Shown piece by piece: positions 1 to 8,183 of a stretch of 24,000 bases of DNA (positions are counted from its first letter, which is position 1; each line of letters opens with the position of its first letter). This DNA is from Aquificales bacterium. GTDB taxonomy: Bacteria; Aquificota; Aquificia; Aquificales; Aquificaceae. The notes beneath the pieces are model-generated. The model saw only the letters and a program-made list of their open reading frames with translations, was not told the DNA's origin and did not search any database. The DNA lies in assembly GCA_027037055.1 (NCBI GenBank), contig JALWBR010000018.1:13923-37922 (forward strand). Reading direction: 5' to 3'. A program made the position numbers and the translations under genes.

Positions 1-1
1 A

Positions 2-331
2 GACTTTGAAAGATGGATAAACGAACCTCATAAGGTTGTATTTCCGGAAGGGGAAAGTTTGAGAGATGTTTATAAAAGGGTGAGTGATTTTATTGAATAT
101 ATTAAAAAAAATTACAGGGGTAAAACCGTCTTGGCGGTATCCCATACCGTGCCTATAAGGTGTATGTACTGCGCGCTTCTCAATGTAGATCTGGCAAGAT
201 TTTGGGGATTCGGCTGTGACAATGCCTCTTACTCTACGGTGTTCATAGAAGATGACAGATCTGTAATAAACAGGTTAAATATTACATGTCATTTGGGGGA
301 ACTATATGTGGAAGCTCATCAGGCTCTTTAG
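2..331 (+). CDS. Histidine phosphatase family protein (phosphoglycerate mutase / CobC-like), C-terminal part; 5' end lies outside the window
   Basis: The frame is open from base 2 (DFERWINEPHKVVFPEGESLRDVYKRV...TVLAVSHTVPIRC...). The 'PEGES' and 'VSH' segments are typical of the C-terminal half of His-phosphatase superfamily enzymes. The TTG at 59 in the ORF track is only an internal codon. Confidence 0.7.
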   Translation, partial: DFERWINEPHKVVFPEGESLRDVYKRVSDFIEYIKKNYRGKTVLAVSHTVPIRCMYCALLNVDLARFWGFGCDNASYSTVFIEDDRSVINRLNITCHLGELYVEAHQAL

Positions 332-2867
332 CTTTCTTCTTTTGGTTTTATCCGTCCTTTCCTACAGTAAGGACGAGCTTAAAAGGGGATTCAATATAAA
401 GGTAAAGGTTGTGGGTAGGATCTATGAGGAAAAGCCGAAGCTTGAGCCTCCCGCAAAATTAAAGGTTGAAGAGGAAGGAGTTTTAAACTTAAGTAACAAG
501 CTCCTTGAACCTCCAAAATCCATGGAATTTGCCCATATTGAAGAGATTGAAGCAAAGGGATTTTTGGGATGCGGGGAACCGGAAGACAGGACGAACTATC
601 GCTACGGTGTTATGGAATTCAAGGAAGGGAACTTTGAAGATGCAAAGTATTACTTGGAGAATGTTATTTCTGTAAATTCTCCCTTTTCCGGTATGGCTAA
701 ATATGTTCTCGGCATAATAGAGTATAAAAATAAAAAGGAAAGGAAAGCCTTAGACCTGTTTGCGGATGCCTGCGACACACCCCATATATACAGGGATGCA
801 TCCTGTGAAGCATATTATGCCCTGAAATTCAGGCTTGACGGTAGTCCCGTTGATACGGACCGTGAACTGTGGAAACAGGTTTATGAAATTTACACGGATG
901 GAGAATCTGGTATTCCAGATTGTTCCGGTGTAACCTTTAAAAGATACTGCAGGTATATAAGGGATTTTGTTGAAGGCAGGGAAAATGTAGAATACAGGGA
1001 CAGCACGAGGGTAAGGAGGGCTATTGTATTAATAAGGGAAGGCAATACTGAAAAGGCGATAAATATATTAAAGGAGGAGATAAAACCGTTAAAACCCTTC
1101 AGGGACATAGCCCTTTACTATATATCCCTTGCCTACATAAAAGAAGGCAATAGGGAAGAAGCAAAGAAATATATATCCCTACTTGAAACCTTTAATCCCG
1201 AATATGCTGCAAACTTATACTCCCTACTTTCAAAGGAGAATCTCATATACTCAAGGCTCGCCTACGCCATAACTGGCTCAAAGGAATTCCTTATAAGATC
1301 TGGAAAGATTGCTTACAACAGGGGAGATTACGAAGGAGCCTATTCAAACTTTATGCAGGCAGGAGACTATGAAAATGCCCTCTACGCGGCGGTAAAGATG
1401 GAAGACTATAACCTTGCACTGAAAACTTTAAAGAAGTGGAAAAGGAAAAATGCAACATATTACAGATGGCTCCTTGAAAGCCTCTATTGGCTTGAAAAGG
1501 ACAAGGAATTAAAAAAGGTTCTTACAAAAATAAGAAAAGCCCATCCCGGTTTGTATAGGGAGTATATGGGATGGTATCACTTTAAGAAGGGGAACTGGGA
1601 AAAGGCATACAAGTATTTCAAAGATCCTTACTATAAAGCCATAGCCCTCTTTAATATGGGCGAATACATGAAGGTTATTGAAACATTGAAAGATAAAAAT
1701 GACAAGAGATCAAGGATACTTAAGGCAAAATCCGCTATTTCTGTAGGTAACGGAAAGTTGGCAAGGGAGTTCCTGCTTAATGATACGGATGAGGAAATAT
1801 ATCTTAAAGGTCTAAGTTACTTCATAGAAAACCGTTATTCAAGGGCGGTAAGTTACTTTCAACGCATCTCTGAAAGGAGCAGATTAAAACCCAGAGCCTT
1901 ATTGAAGGAAGCGGATGCTTACTACAATCTTGGGAATATATCAAAGGCTAAAAGTCTTTATACAAAGGTGATGAAGGAATATCCGGATTCTGAAGAGGCG
2001 ATGAGTGCAACCCTTGCCTTAATACAGCTTGAACTTCAAAGGCCAGAAGGCAACCTCAAGGAGCTTATAACAACCTTTGTAAGCAAATATCCCGACTCAC
2101 CCATAGTAAACGATCTCTACTATCAACTCGGGGAAATATACACAAAAGAGGGGAACAGGGAAAAGGCAAAGGAGGTTTACGAAAAGCTTATTGATACGGA
2201 GTATGGAGAAAAGGCAAAGCTGAGACTTGCCCAGCTTGAAGAGGATGAAGAAACAAAAATAGAAAAGCTCCAAAAGTTAATAAAGGAATCGGAAGATCCA
2301 GAGGTCAGAGAGGAGGCAAGAAAGTCCCTTATGGCAATATACAAGCAAAGGGGAGATATAACAAACTTTGCGGAGCTTCTTGCTCAGGGGAGTATAGAGG
2401 ATAAAAAGGAAGCTATCAAGGCTTACATCTCCGTAGGAGAAGGGGAAAAGGCGGTTGACCTCTTTAACAGTATAGTTGAAAAGGGATATATGGATGAAGA
2501 CCTAAGAAGGATAAGCATAGACATATATACGGTCACGAACGATCCCAAGTATCTCTCTTATGCAAAGGAAAGTGAAGAGGATGAAACCAAGGCTAAAGCT
2601 TACTATCTTGCGGGTATGCATTATAAGAATGAGGGTAACAAGAAGAAAGCCCTTGAAGAGTTTGTAACCGTTACCATTCTGACACCGGATATCCAACCCT
2701 ATTACAACAGTAGCATTCTTGAAAGTGTTGATATACTAATAAGCATGAAAGCCAGAAAGGATGCTTCATGTCTATTGGAAAAGCTTGATCCGGAAACTTT
2801 ATCCGAGGAAGAGAGGGGGAAGTACAGATACTACAAGGATAAACTACCACCTTGTGAGGTGAAATAA
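306..2867 (+). CDS. Large secreted TPR-repeat protein (853 aa)
   Basis: ATG start preceded by GGGGGA. N-terminal signal peptide (MWKLIRLFSFLLLVLSVLSYS). Many TPR-like units (e.g. GNFEDAKYYLENVI, GNREEAKKYISLL, GNISKAKSLYTKVMKEYPDS, GNREKAKEVYEKLI). It overlaps the upstream gene by 26 bp and ends 1 nt before the ExbB-like gene. Confidence 0.8.
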   Translation: MWKLIRLFSFLLLVLSVLSYSKDELKRGFNIKVKVVGRIYEEKPKLEPPAKLKVEEEGVLNLSNKLLEPPKSMEFAHIEEIEAKGFLGCGEPEDRTNYRYGVMEFKEGNFEDAKYYLENVISVNSPFSGMAKYVLGIIEYKNKKERKALDLFADACDTPHIYRDASCEAYYALKFRLDGSPVDTDRELWKQVYEIYTDGESGIPDCSGVTFKRYCRYIRDFVEGRENVEYRDSTRVRRAIVLIREGNTEKAINILKEEIKPLKPFRDIALYYISLAYIKEGNREEAKKYISLLETFNPEYAANLYSLLSKENLIYSRLAYAITGSKEFLIRSGKIAYNRGDYEGAYSNFMQAGDYENALYAAVKMEDYNLALKTLKKWKRKNATYYRWLLESLYWLEKDKELKKVLTKIRKAHPGLYREYMGWYHFKKGNWEKAYKYFKDPYYKAIALFNMGEYMKVIETLKDKNDKRSRILKAKSAISVGNGKLAREFLLNDTDEEIYLKGLSYFIENRYSRAVSYFQRISERSRLKPRALLKEADAYYNLGNISKAKSLYTKVMKEYPDSEEAMSATLALIQLELQRPEGNLKELITTFVSKYPDSPIVNDLYYQLGEIYTKEGNREKAKEVYEKLIDTEYGEKAKLRLAQLEEDEETKIEKLQKLIKESEDPEVREEARKSLMAIYKQRGDITNFAELLAQGSIEDKKEAIKAYISVGEGEKAVDLFNSIVEKGYMDEDLRRISIDIYTVTNDPKYLSYAKESEEDETKAKAYYLAGMHYKNEGNKKKALEEFVTVTILTPDIQPYYNSSILESVDILISMKARKDASCLLEKLDPETLSEEERGKYRYYKDKLPPCEVK

Positions 2868-2868
2868 G

Positions 2869-3483
2869 ATGGAACAGCTTCTTGATTTTTTAAGTAAGGC
2901 GGGTTATGTAATCTATCCCCTTATAATACTTTCCATCTTCTCATGGTTCATCATAATTGAAAGGGCTTTTAACTTAAGGGCATCAAAATTTATTCCTAAG
3001 AATATAAACGATATTAAAAATCTTATCCACAGGGGTGACATAGACGGAGCGATGAAGCTGGCATCTTTAAGTCACGATCCTTTCAGCAGGGCATTAAGTA
3101 CGGTTCTTCAAGAGTATGAAAAGGGCAGGAGAAACAAGATACACCTAAGTCAGATTGCTGAAACAGAGCTTGTTTCCGTGGTCCCTCTTGTTGAAAAAAA
3201 TCTTCTCCTGCTGTCAGCCATTGCATCAATAGCCCCACTGCTTGGCCTTTTTGGAACAATAACGGGGCTTATAAAAGTATTTTCAGCCTTTGCAATCTCC
3301 GAAGCGGAGGAAGGAGTAACCCTCCTTGCCTCTGGAATAAGCGAGGCTTTAACGGCAGCGGCAGCGGGATTGATAGTTGCCATACCCGCCCTGTTCGCCT
3401 ATTGGATCTTCCGTGCTGTGGGCGATAAAATATTGGCGAAGATTGAGAATTCTTTTAAGGAAATACTGGAGATCTTAGAATGA
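2869..3483 (+). CDS. MotA/TolQ/ExbB proton-channel family protein
   Basis: 204 aa with three predicted TM segments. Family signatures are LLGLFGTITGLIKVF and GISEALTAAAAGLIVAIPALFAY. A GAGGTGA Shine-Dalgarno lies upstream of the ATG. Confidence 0.9.
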   Translation: MEQLLDFLSKAGYVIYPLIILSIFSWFIIIERAFNLRASKFIPKNINDIKNLIHRGDIDGAMKLASLSHDPFSRALSTVLQEYEKGRRNKIHLSQIAETELVSVVPLVEKNLLLLSAIASIAPLLGLFGTITGLIKVFSAFAISEAEEGVTLLASGISEALTAAAAGLIVAIPALFAYWIFRAVGDKILAKIENSFKEILEILE

Positions 3484-3881
3484 ATCTGCGGAAGGGAAGA
3501 AGACTATCAAGGGATGAGAGGGCTTACATAGATGTGGTACCCATAGTGGATATACTTCTCGCTGTTTTCCTTTTCTTGGCAATCCTTGCCTTCCAATCTC
3601 CCATGACCTTCATAGCGGTAAAGCTACCCTTTGCAGAACACGGCGAAAAGGGAGCCATAAGTATAATGAAGATACAAGTTACCGCTGACGGATCTTACAG
3701 AATGGGAGGAAAAAGGCTAAGCATATCAGAAATAGATAAAAGGATTAAAAAGGTAAAACCCACATCCATAATAATAGAGGCGGATGAAAGGGCTCAGCAC
3801 AAGTTTGTTGTTCAACTTATGGATATAGCGAAGAAAAATAAGGTGGAAGATCTCGTAATTGCAACAAGAACGAGAAGGTAA
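3480..3881 (+). CDS. ExbD/TolR family biopolymer transport protein
   Basis: 133 aa with an N-terminal IDVVPIVDILLAVFLFLAIL anchor typical of ExbD/TolR. ATGA start/stop overlap with the preceding gene. Confidence 0.85.
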   Translation: MNLRKGRRLSRDERAYIDVVPIVDILLAVFLFLAILAFQSPMTFIAVKLPFAEHGEKGAISIMKIQVTADGSYRMGGKRLSISEIDKRIKKVKPTSIIIEADERAQHKFVVQLMDIAKKNKVEDLVIATRTRR

Positions 3882-4648
3882 TGTTTTTCGCGAAAAAAAT
3901 AATCTCCTACTTTATCTTACCCCCGGGGATTTACATAATCCTGTTCCTTCTTATATACCTTCTTTCAAAAAGGAAAACGGTAAAATACATATCTCTTTTA
4001 TCAGCTGTAAGCTTATATCTTATTTCCATTGAACCCGTTAAAGATCTACTTCTCCTTCCTCTGGAAAATATGTATAAAAGACCGAAGGAATTAAGGGGTG
4101 ATATCATCGTAGTTCTGGGAGGAGGAGCCTATAACACGGGATATCTTAAAGAGGATTCAACAAAAAGACTTATAACGGGATTCCTTCTCCATAAAAAGAC
4201 GGGACTTCCTCTCCTCCTGTCAGGAGGTTCCGCCCTGAACAATCTGCCAGAATCAAGTATTATGAAGCAGTTTCTTATAGAGCTGGGCGTTGACAGGAGG
4301 CTTATTTTTACGGATCAGAAGAGCAGGGACACGAGGGAAAATGCTAAATATGTTAAAGAACTGTGTAAAAGAATAAACTGTAAAAGGATAATCCTTGTAA
4401 CCTCCGCCTATCACATGTACAGATCGGTTTATACCTTTGAAAGGGAAGGACTTGATGTCATACCTTATCCTACGGATTATAAAACGGACAGAAAATATAA
4501 CCTTTTCAGCTTCTTTCCTAAGATGAGCGCCTTAAAGGACTCTTACAGGGCAATAAGGGAATATATAGGTATTATTTTTTACAGGTTAAGAGTAGAGTCT
4601 GTCTCCCATATCACCGAGTCCTGGTATTATAAACCCCCTGCTGTTTAA
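3881..4648 (+). CDS. DUF218 (YdcF/ElyC-like) membrane protein
   Basis: TAATG overlap with the exbD-like stop. N-terminal TM helices, then IVVLGGG...LLSGG...TRENA...LVTSAYHMYRS, the pattern of DUF218/YdcF family proteins. Confidence 0.75.
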   Translation: MFFAKKIISYFILPPGIYIILFLLIYLLSKRKTVKYISLLSAVSLYLISIEPVKDLLLLPLENMYKRPKELRGDIIVVLGGGAYNTGYLKEDSTKRLITGFLLHKKTGLPLLLSGGSALNNLPESSIMKQFLIELGVDRRLIFTDQKSRDTRENAKYVKELCKRINCKRIILVTSAYHMYRSVYTFEREGLDVIPYPTDYKTDRKYNLFSFFPKMSALKDSYRAIREYIGIIFYRLRVESVSHITESWYYKPPAV

Positions 4649-5200
4649 TCCCTCATCAACCGAAAGGGTATAAAGTGTTAAACCATTACAGATCCTCTCC
4701 ACCCTTTCCAAACCTTCCGGAGATGCAACGAGATGGACGCTTATTATATCAGCGGGATTGCCTTCCTTTATAACTTCCCATACCTTAATAAGGGTTCCTC
4801 CCGTTGCAAGCATAGGATCAAGGATAATCACCCTTTTACCTTCAACCTCTGGTAATCTAACATACTGTATATGCGTTTCAAGGGTTTCCTCATCCCTCTT
4901 GGCACCGATAAATCCCCCCTCAGCTTGTAAAAACATCTCAAGGGCGGACTCAAGCATGGGCAAACCCGCCCTTAACACACCGACAAAGGTTATCCTACCA
5001 GTATCTATGAATTCAAATTTTCTTTTCCCCACCCAAGTCTCAATCTCCCTTTCCTTTATCTCAGCCTTTCTGAACACTTCCCCGAGCAGGATCTTTGTTA
5101 TCTCCCTTAAAAGATGTCTCATAAGAGGGGGTTCAGTACCTTTATCCCTCATAAGATTGAGCATGTGAGTTGCAAGATCGTTCTCTATAAGCTTTACCAT
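4586..5200 (-). CDS. upp: Uracil phosphoribosyltransferase
   Basis: Matches Upp over its whole length from MVKLIEND... (RAGLPMLE, ILDPMLATGGT PRPP-binding loop, C-terminal IIPGLGDMGDRLY). I chose the internal ATG at 5200 because the 57 extra N-terminal residues of the 261-aa ORF have no homology pattern and run antisense into ribD. Confidence 0.9.
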   Translation of the reverse strand: MVKLIENDLATHMLNLMRDKGTEPPLMRHLLREITKILLGEVFRKAEIKEREIETWVGKRKFEFIDTGRITFVGVLRAGLPMLESALEMFLQAEGGFIGAKRDEETLETHIQYVRLPEVEGKRVIILDPMLATGGTLIKVWEVIKEGNPADIISVHLVASPEGLERVERICNGLTLYTLSVDEGLNSRGFIIPGLGDMGDRLYS

Positions 5201-5218
5201 GGTGTTATATTGTAGAAT
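5201..5218. promoter_or_regulatory. 18-bp divergent upp/ribD intergenic region with back-to-back -10-like hexamers
   Basis: Plus strand: TATATT (5206-5211), 7 nt, then ribD ATG 5219. Minus strand: TACAAT (5214-5209), 8 nt, then upp ATG 5200. No SD is possible on either side. Confidence 0.4.
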
Positions 5219-6313
5219 ATGCAAGCCCGTGAAGGCTATATGAAGCTCGCCCTTGATCTTGCAAAAAAGGCACAAGGTGCAACCCATCCCAACCCTGCGG
5301 TAGGGTGTGTTATTGTAAACAGGGGGAGGATAGTTGGGCTCGGTTATCACAAAAGGGCGGGAGAACCCCACGCGGAGATAATCGCTTTAAGGATGGCGGG
5401 AGAAAAGGCAAAAGGGGGAGAAATGTATGTGACGCTGGAACCTTGTTCCCATCATGGGAAGACGCCTCCGTGTACAGAGGCAATTATAAAATACGAAATA
5501 AAAAGTGTTTACATAGGTATAGAGGATCCAAATCCCCTTGTCCACGGATCTGAATACTTAAAATCTAAGGGTGTTAGGGTTGCAAAGGATATATTAAAGG
5601 AAGAGTGCTTTGAGATAAACAAGGATTTTTTCACATATATACTGAAAGACAGACCGTACATAACACTCAAGGTAGCCCAGAGTATTGACGGCAGCGTTGC
5701 AACGGAGGAAGGGGACAGTAAATGGATATCCTCCTTTGAAAGCAGAAGGTATGTACACAGGCTGAGGGTTACATCAACCGCCATAATGGTGGGGGCAAAT
5801 ACTGTAATAAAGGATAATCCAGAACTTACCGTAAGATACATAAAATCCGCAAGACAACCAATAAGGATTGTTATTGACCCCTCCCTTAAAACAGATCCTT
5901 CCTCAAAGATATATGACACCGCTACAGCTCCCACAATAATAGTTGCTTCTTCCTCCAATCCAGAGAAGGAAAGGATATTTGAATCAAAAGGTGTGGAGGT
6001 TGTACATATAAAGAGAAAAGGCGAATTTGTTGATGTTAAAGAGCTTATGAGATTTCTGGTAAACAGGGGTATAGTTCATTTGCTCGTAGAGGGAGGTCCT
6101 TACCTTCACCGCTTTTTCATTGAAGAGGGTATATATGACAGAATCATAGTCTTTACTTCCCCCCTTCTCATAGGAGGTATGCATCTTGTCCTTAAGGGAA
6201 TAAAAGGCATAAAGGAAGCCCCTTCCCTCGATCTCCGATCCGTAAAGAGGATAGGAAGTAATGCAGTTATTGAACTAAGAAACAAGGATCACCTAAAACC
6301 TTATCAACTTTAA
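5219..6313 (+). CDS. ribD: Bifunctional riboflavin biosynthesis protein RibD (pyrimidine deaminase / uracil reductase)
   Basis: CMP/dCMP deaminase zinc motifs HAEIIAL and PCSHHGKTPPC, then a RibD_C reductase domain (ITLKVAQSIDG...). The N-terminus MQAREGYMKLALDLAKKA resembles known RibD/RibG N-termini. An alternative start is ATG 5240. Confidence 0.92.
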   Translation: MQAREGYMKLALDLAKKAQGATHPNPAVGCVIVNRGRIVGLGYHKRAGEPHAEIIALRMAGEKAKGGEMYVTLEPCSHHGKTPPCTEAIIKYEIKSVYIGIEDPNPLVHGSEYLKSKGVRVAKDILKEECFEINKDFFTYILKDRPYITLKVAQSIDGSVATEEGDSKWISSFESRRYVHRLRVTSTAIMVGANTVIKDNPELTVRYIKSARQPIRIVIDPSLKTDPSSKIYDTATAPTIIVASSSNPEKERIFESKGVEVVHIKRKGEFVDVKELMRFLVNRGIVHLLVEGGPYLHRFFIEEGIYDRIIVFTSPLLIGGMHLVLKGIKGIKEAPSLDLRSVKRIGSNAVIELRNKDHLKPYQL

Positions 6314-6690
6314 CTACACGCCTCCATAATTTCCTTTATAAGGTTTTCAACCTCTTCCGCAACTCCCTTAAGCTCGGGTTCCTTATACAGATCTATCATG
6401 TAGGTGGGCTTTATGGTGCTGAGTATATATCTGTTACCGTCCTGTATTATGGATATCCTGCAGGGTAAAGCGGTTGATATATAAGGGTTCTTCTTCAAAA
6501 CTTCGCTCGCAGCCCTCGGCATGCAAACCTCATAAATTACAAGGGTATAGTCAATAGGAAATCCCTTATTTTCAAGAATGTTGTTAACCTCATGAACAGC
6601 CATAACACCGAATCCTTTTTCCTTCGCTTTTTCTTCAAGGGTTTTCCTTATATCCTCAAGGCTTTTGGAAGATTCAACATTTATAAGCAT
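6310..6690 (-). CDS. DUF302 domain protein
   Basis: 126 aa with a family-like pattern (GFGVMAVHEV...YTLVIYEVCMP...ALPCRISI). AAGGAGGTAA Shine-Dalgarno 5-6 nt upstream of the ATG. Confidence 0.8.
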   Translation of the reverse strand: MLINVESSKSLEDIRKTLEEKAKEKGFGVMAVHEVNNILENKGFPIDYTLVIYEVCMPRAASEVLKKNPYISTALPCRISIIQDGNRYILSTIKPTYMIDLYKEPELKGVAEEVENLIKEIMEACS

Positions 6691-6695
6691 CGCCT

Positions 6696-7127
6696 TTACC
6701 TCCTTGAGATAAATTTTAGAATATTAAGATATATTTTATCAATTATTTCATTAACCGCCTTCTTCCTGTAAAGATCACCCACCGCACCCGTAGGTTGCCT
6801 GTAAGGGGCAAAGCCCGTAAAGGTTTCCCTTTTATCTCCTAAAACCATTTCAAGCTCTATACTGAGATTATAAGAACTTATCCTTCCCTTTGATGTGTAT
6901 GCTATGGGTCTTTCCTCCACCCTTTTTATTATGACATCTAAGGGTACAGAAGGTTTTTTGCAGGACGGCTTATAACCGCTTTCCAAGAGTGCCCTCTCCA
7001 CCCTTTTTCTTACTATTATCTTTATATATTTCTCCCTCGGGAAATCTCCTTTAACACTTATACATACTCTCTTCTCCGTAGGAAAGGAAAAACCTATCAT
7101 GAAGAAAAGGACAATCAAGAACTGCAT
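6696..7127 (-). CDS. Hypothetical small envelope protein (possibly LptE-like); function unassigned
   Basis: 143-aa ORF packed between coaD (13-bp overlap) and the DUF302 gene. Hydrophobic N-terminus without a classical lipobox. A weak resemblance to LPS-assembly lipoprotein LptE (RISSYNLSIELEM strand pattern) is my impression only. Confidence 0.5.
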   Translation of the reverse strand: MQFLIVLFFMIGFSFPTEKRVCISVKGDFPREKYIKIIVRKRVERALLESGYKPSCKKPSVPLDVIIKRVEERPIAYTSKGRISSYNLSIELEMVLGDKRETFTGFAPYRQPTGAVGDLYRKKAVNEIIDKIYLNILKFISRR

Positions 7128-7600
7128 CCGAACTTTTCCCTTAACTTAGTCTCAACATAAGGATGTACCATACCTTTCAAGTTTCCGCAGTAAGAGGCTA
7201 TATCCCTTACTATCGTTGAGCTTATATGGATATACTCCTGGGAGGGCATCATAAAAATTGTTTCAACACCAGCAAGCTTGTAGTTTGTCATGGCTATCTG
7301 AAGCTCATATTCAAAATCTGTAAAAAGCCTTACACCCCTTACTATAATTTTTATACCTTCCCCTCTCATAAAATCAACAAGAAGAGAATCAAAACCCTTT
7401 ACCTTAACCCTTTCACCGAAGGGTTCCACCATCCTTTTAAACATATCAAGTCTTTCCTCCTGTGTAAACAGAAGGTGTTTTCTCGGATTCTTAGCAACAG
7501 CCACAACCACTTCACTAAATATATCAAGGGCCCTTTTAACTATATCAAGATGCCCCAGATGAGGGGGATCAAAGGTTCCCGGATAAACAACCTTACTCAT
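7115..7600 (-). CDS. coaD: Phosphopantetheine adenylyltransferase
   Basis: VYPGTFDPPHLGHLDIVKRA (T/HxGH nucleotidyltransferase motif) and ISSTIVRD near the C-terminus. 161 aa, the typical CoaD length. Confidence 0.95.
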   Translation of the reverse strand: MSKVVYPGTFDPPHLGHLDIVKRALDIFSEVVVAVAKNPRKHLLFTQEERLDMFKRMVEPFGERVKVKGFDSLLVDFMRGEGIKIIVRGVRLFTDFEYELQIAMTNYKLAGVETIFMMPSQEYIHISSTIVRDIASYCGNLKGMVHPYVETKLREKFGCSS

Positions 7601-8051
7601 CCTTTATCCACACAGATAAAGCGGTATCCCCGTAAACCTTTCTCTTATCCGCATCAAAATACTTCCTCTTATCATGCTCAAGTATAAACAAACCTCCCTT
7701 TTCCAACCTTGAAAGGGCAAGATCTATAAGCTCCGCATATCCGCTGTAATCGTAGGGAGGATCCGCAAATATAATATGATAGGTTGATTTATCCCTCTTC
7801 AGGAAGGAAAGAGCATCTCCTTTTACGAGCTTACCTTTAACCTTCCCCTTCAAATTTTTAATATTCCCCCAGCTTATATCAACGAAGGTTACATCCGCTC
7901 CCAACTCTTCCGCCTTCTTACCTATCTGTCCAGTACCACAAAACAGATCAAGAAATTTTTTACCTCTTATATCACCGACTATGTTAAACAAGGCATTCTT
8001 CACTATAGAAGAGGTAGGTCTTAATTTGTATTTAGATCTTGTATTTTTCAC
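7593..8051 (-). CDS. rsmD: 16S rRNA (guanine966-N2)-methyltransferase RsmD family
   Basis: LRPTSSIVKNALFNI, SAM-binding LDLFCGTGQIG and the catalytic DPPY motif. GTG start. The N-terminus is shorter than in typical RsmD. The conserved rsmD-coaD pairing supports the call. Confidence 0.85.
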   Translation of the reverse strand: MKNTRSKYKLRPTSSIVKNALFNIVGDIRGKKFLDLFCGTGQIGKKAEELGADVTFVDISWGNIKNLKGKVKGKLVKGDALSFLKRDKSTYHIIFADPPYDYSGYAELIDLALSRLEKGGLFILEHDKRKYFDADKRKVYGDTALSVWIKDE

Positions 8052-8067
8052 AATTTAGTATTATACT
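8039..8067 (+). promoter_or_regulatory. Sigma-70-like promoter candidate for the uORF/speH-purS-purQ-ligase unit
   Basis: TTGTAT (8039-8044), a 17-nt spacer, then TATACT (8062-8067). The predicted transcription start near 8074 would place the strong SD and the uORF in the leader. Confidence 0.4.
8060..8065 (-). promoter_or_regulatory. -10 hexamer TATAAT positioned 8 nt upstream of the rsmD GTG start
   Basis: The reverse complement of 8060-8065 is TATAAT, followed by ACTAAATT and then GTG (8051-8049). It overlaps the plus-strand TATACT box. Confidence 0.35.
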
Positions 8068-8099
8068 TTTTTATCCTTCCAAAAGGAGGTGACTTTGTT

Positions 8100-8183
8100 A
8101 TGGGTACTTTTGTGTTTAATGTCTTCAAAAATCTTTCCAGGGAGGACAGAAAATGGCAAAGACCCTCGGACTGCATATCTTAG
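8100..8183 (+). CDS. Candidate 27-codon upstream/leader ORF (MGTFVFNVFKNLSREDRKWQRPSDCIS) overlapping the speH start out of frame
   Basis: AAGGAGGTGA (8083-8092) has the longest run of complementarity to a canonical anti-SD that I noticed in the window, and lies 7 nt before ATG 8100. The ORF ends at TAG 8181-8183, 28 nt inside speH. There is no homology evidence. Confidence 0.3.
   Translation: MGTFVFNVFKNLSREDRKWQRPSDCIS

Noticed and set aside
3881-4648. Whether the gene after exbD could be the missing TonB/TolA.
   Set aside because: It lacks a Pro/Glu/Lys-rich spacer and a TonB C-terminal domain. The LVTSAYHMYRS and GGG/SGG motifs instead indicate a DUF218/YdcF-type protein.
4758-5168. 136-aa plus-strand ORF antisense to upp.
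   Set aside because: It lies entirely inside a well-supported gene on the opposite strand and has a Ser/Leu/Pro-rich low-information sequence typical of antisense frames of purine-rich coding DNA.
5201-5240. Possible FMN (RFN) riboswitch upstream of ribD.
   Set aside because: Only 18 bp separate the upp and ribD start codons, which leaves no room for a riboswitch aptamer of more than 100 nt.
5201-5371. 57-codon N-terminal extension of the upp ORF (the track ORF 4586..5371 starts MGFSRPFVITEPNY...).
   Set aside because: The extension has no Upp-like sequence and lies antisense to the conserved deaminase domain of ribD. The internal ATG at 5200 gives a full-length, typical Upp N-terminus.
5305-6184. 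ORFs 5305..5553 (+, alternative frame) and 5509..5958 / 5984..6184 (-) within ribD.
   Set aside because: They overlap the strongly supported ribD frame. There are no recognisable motifs and the composition looks like shadow ORFs.
7226-7687. 153-aa plus-strand ORF antisense to coaD/rsmD.
   Set aside because: It is a shadow ORF inside two conserved genes, with no SD or homology pattern.
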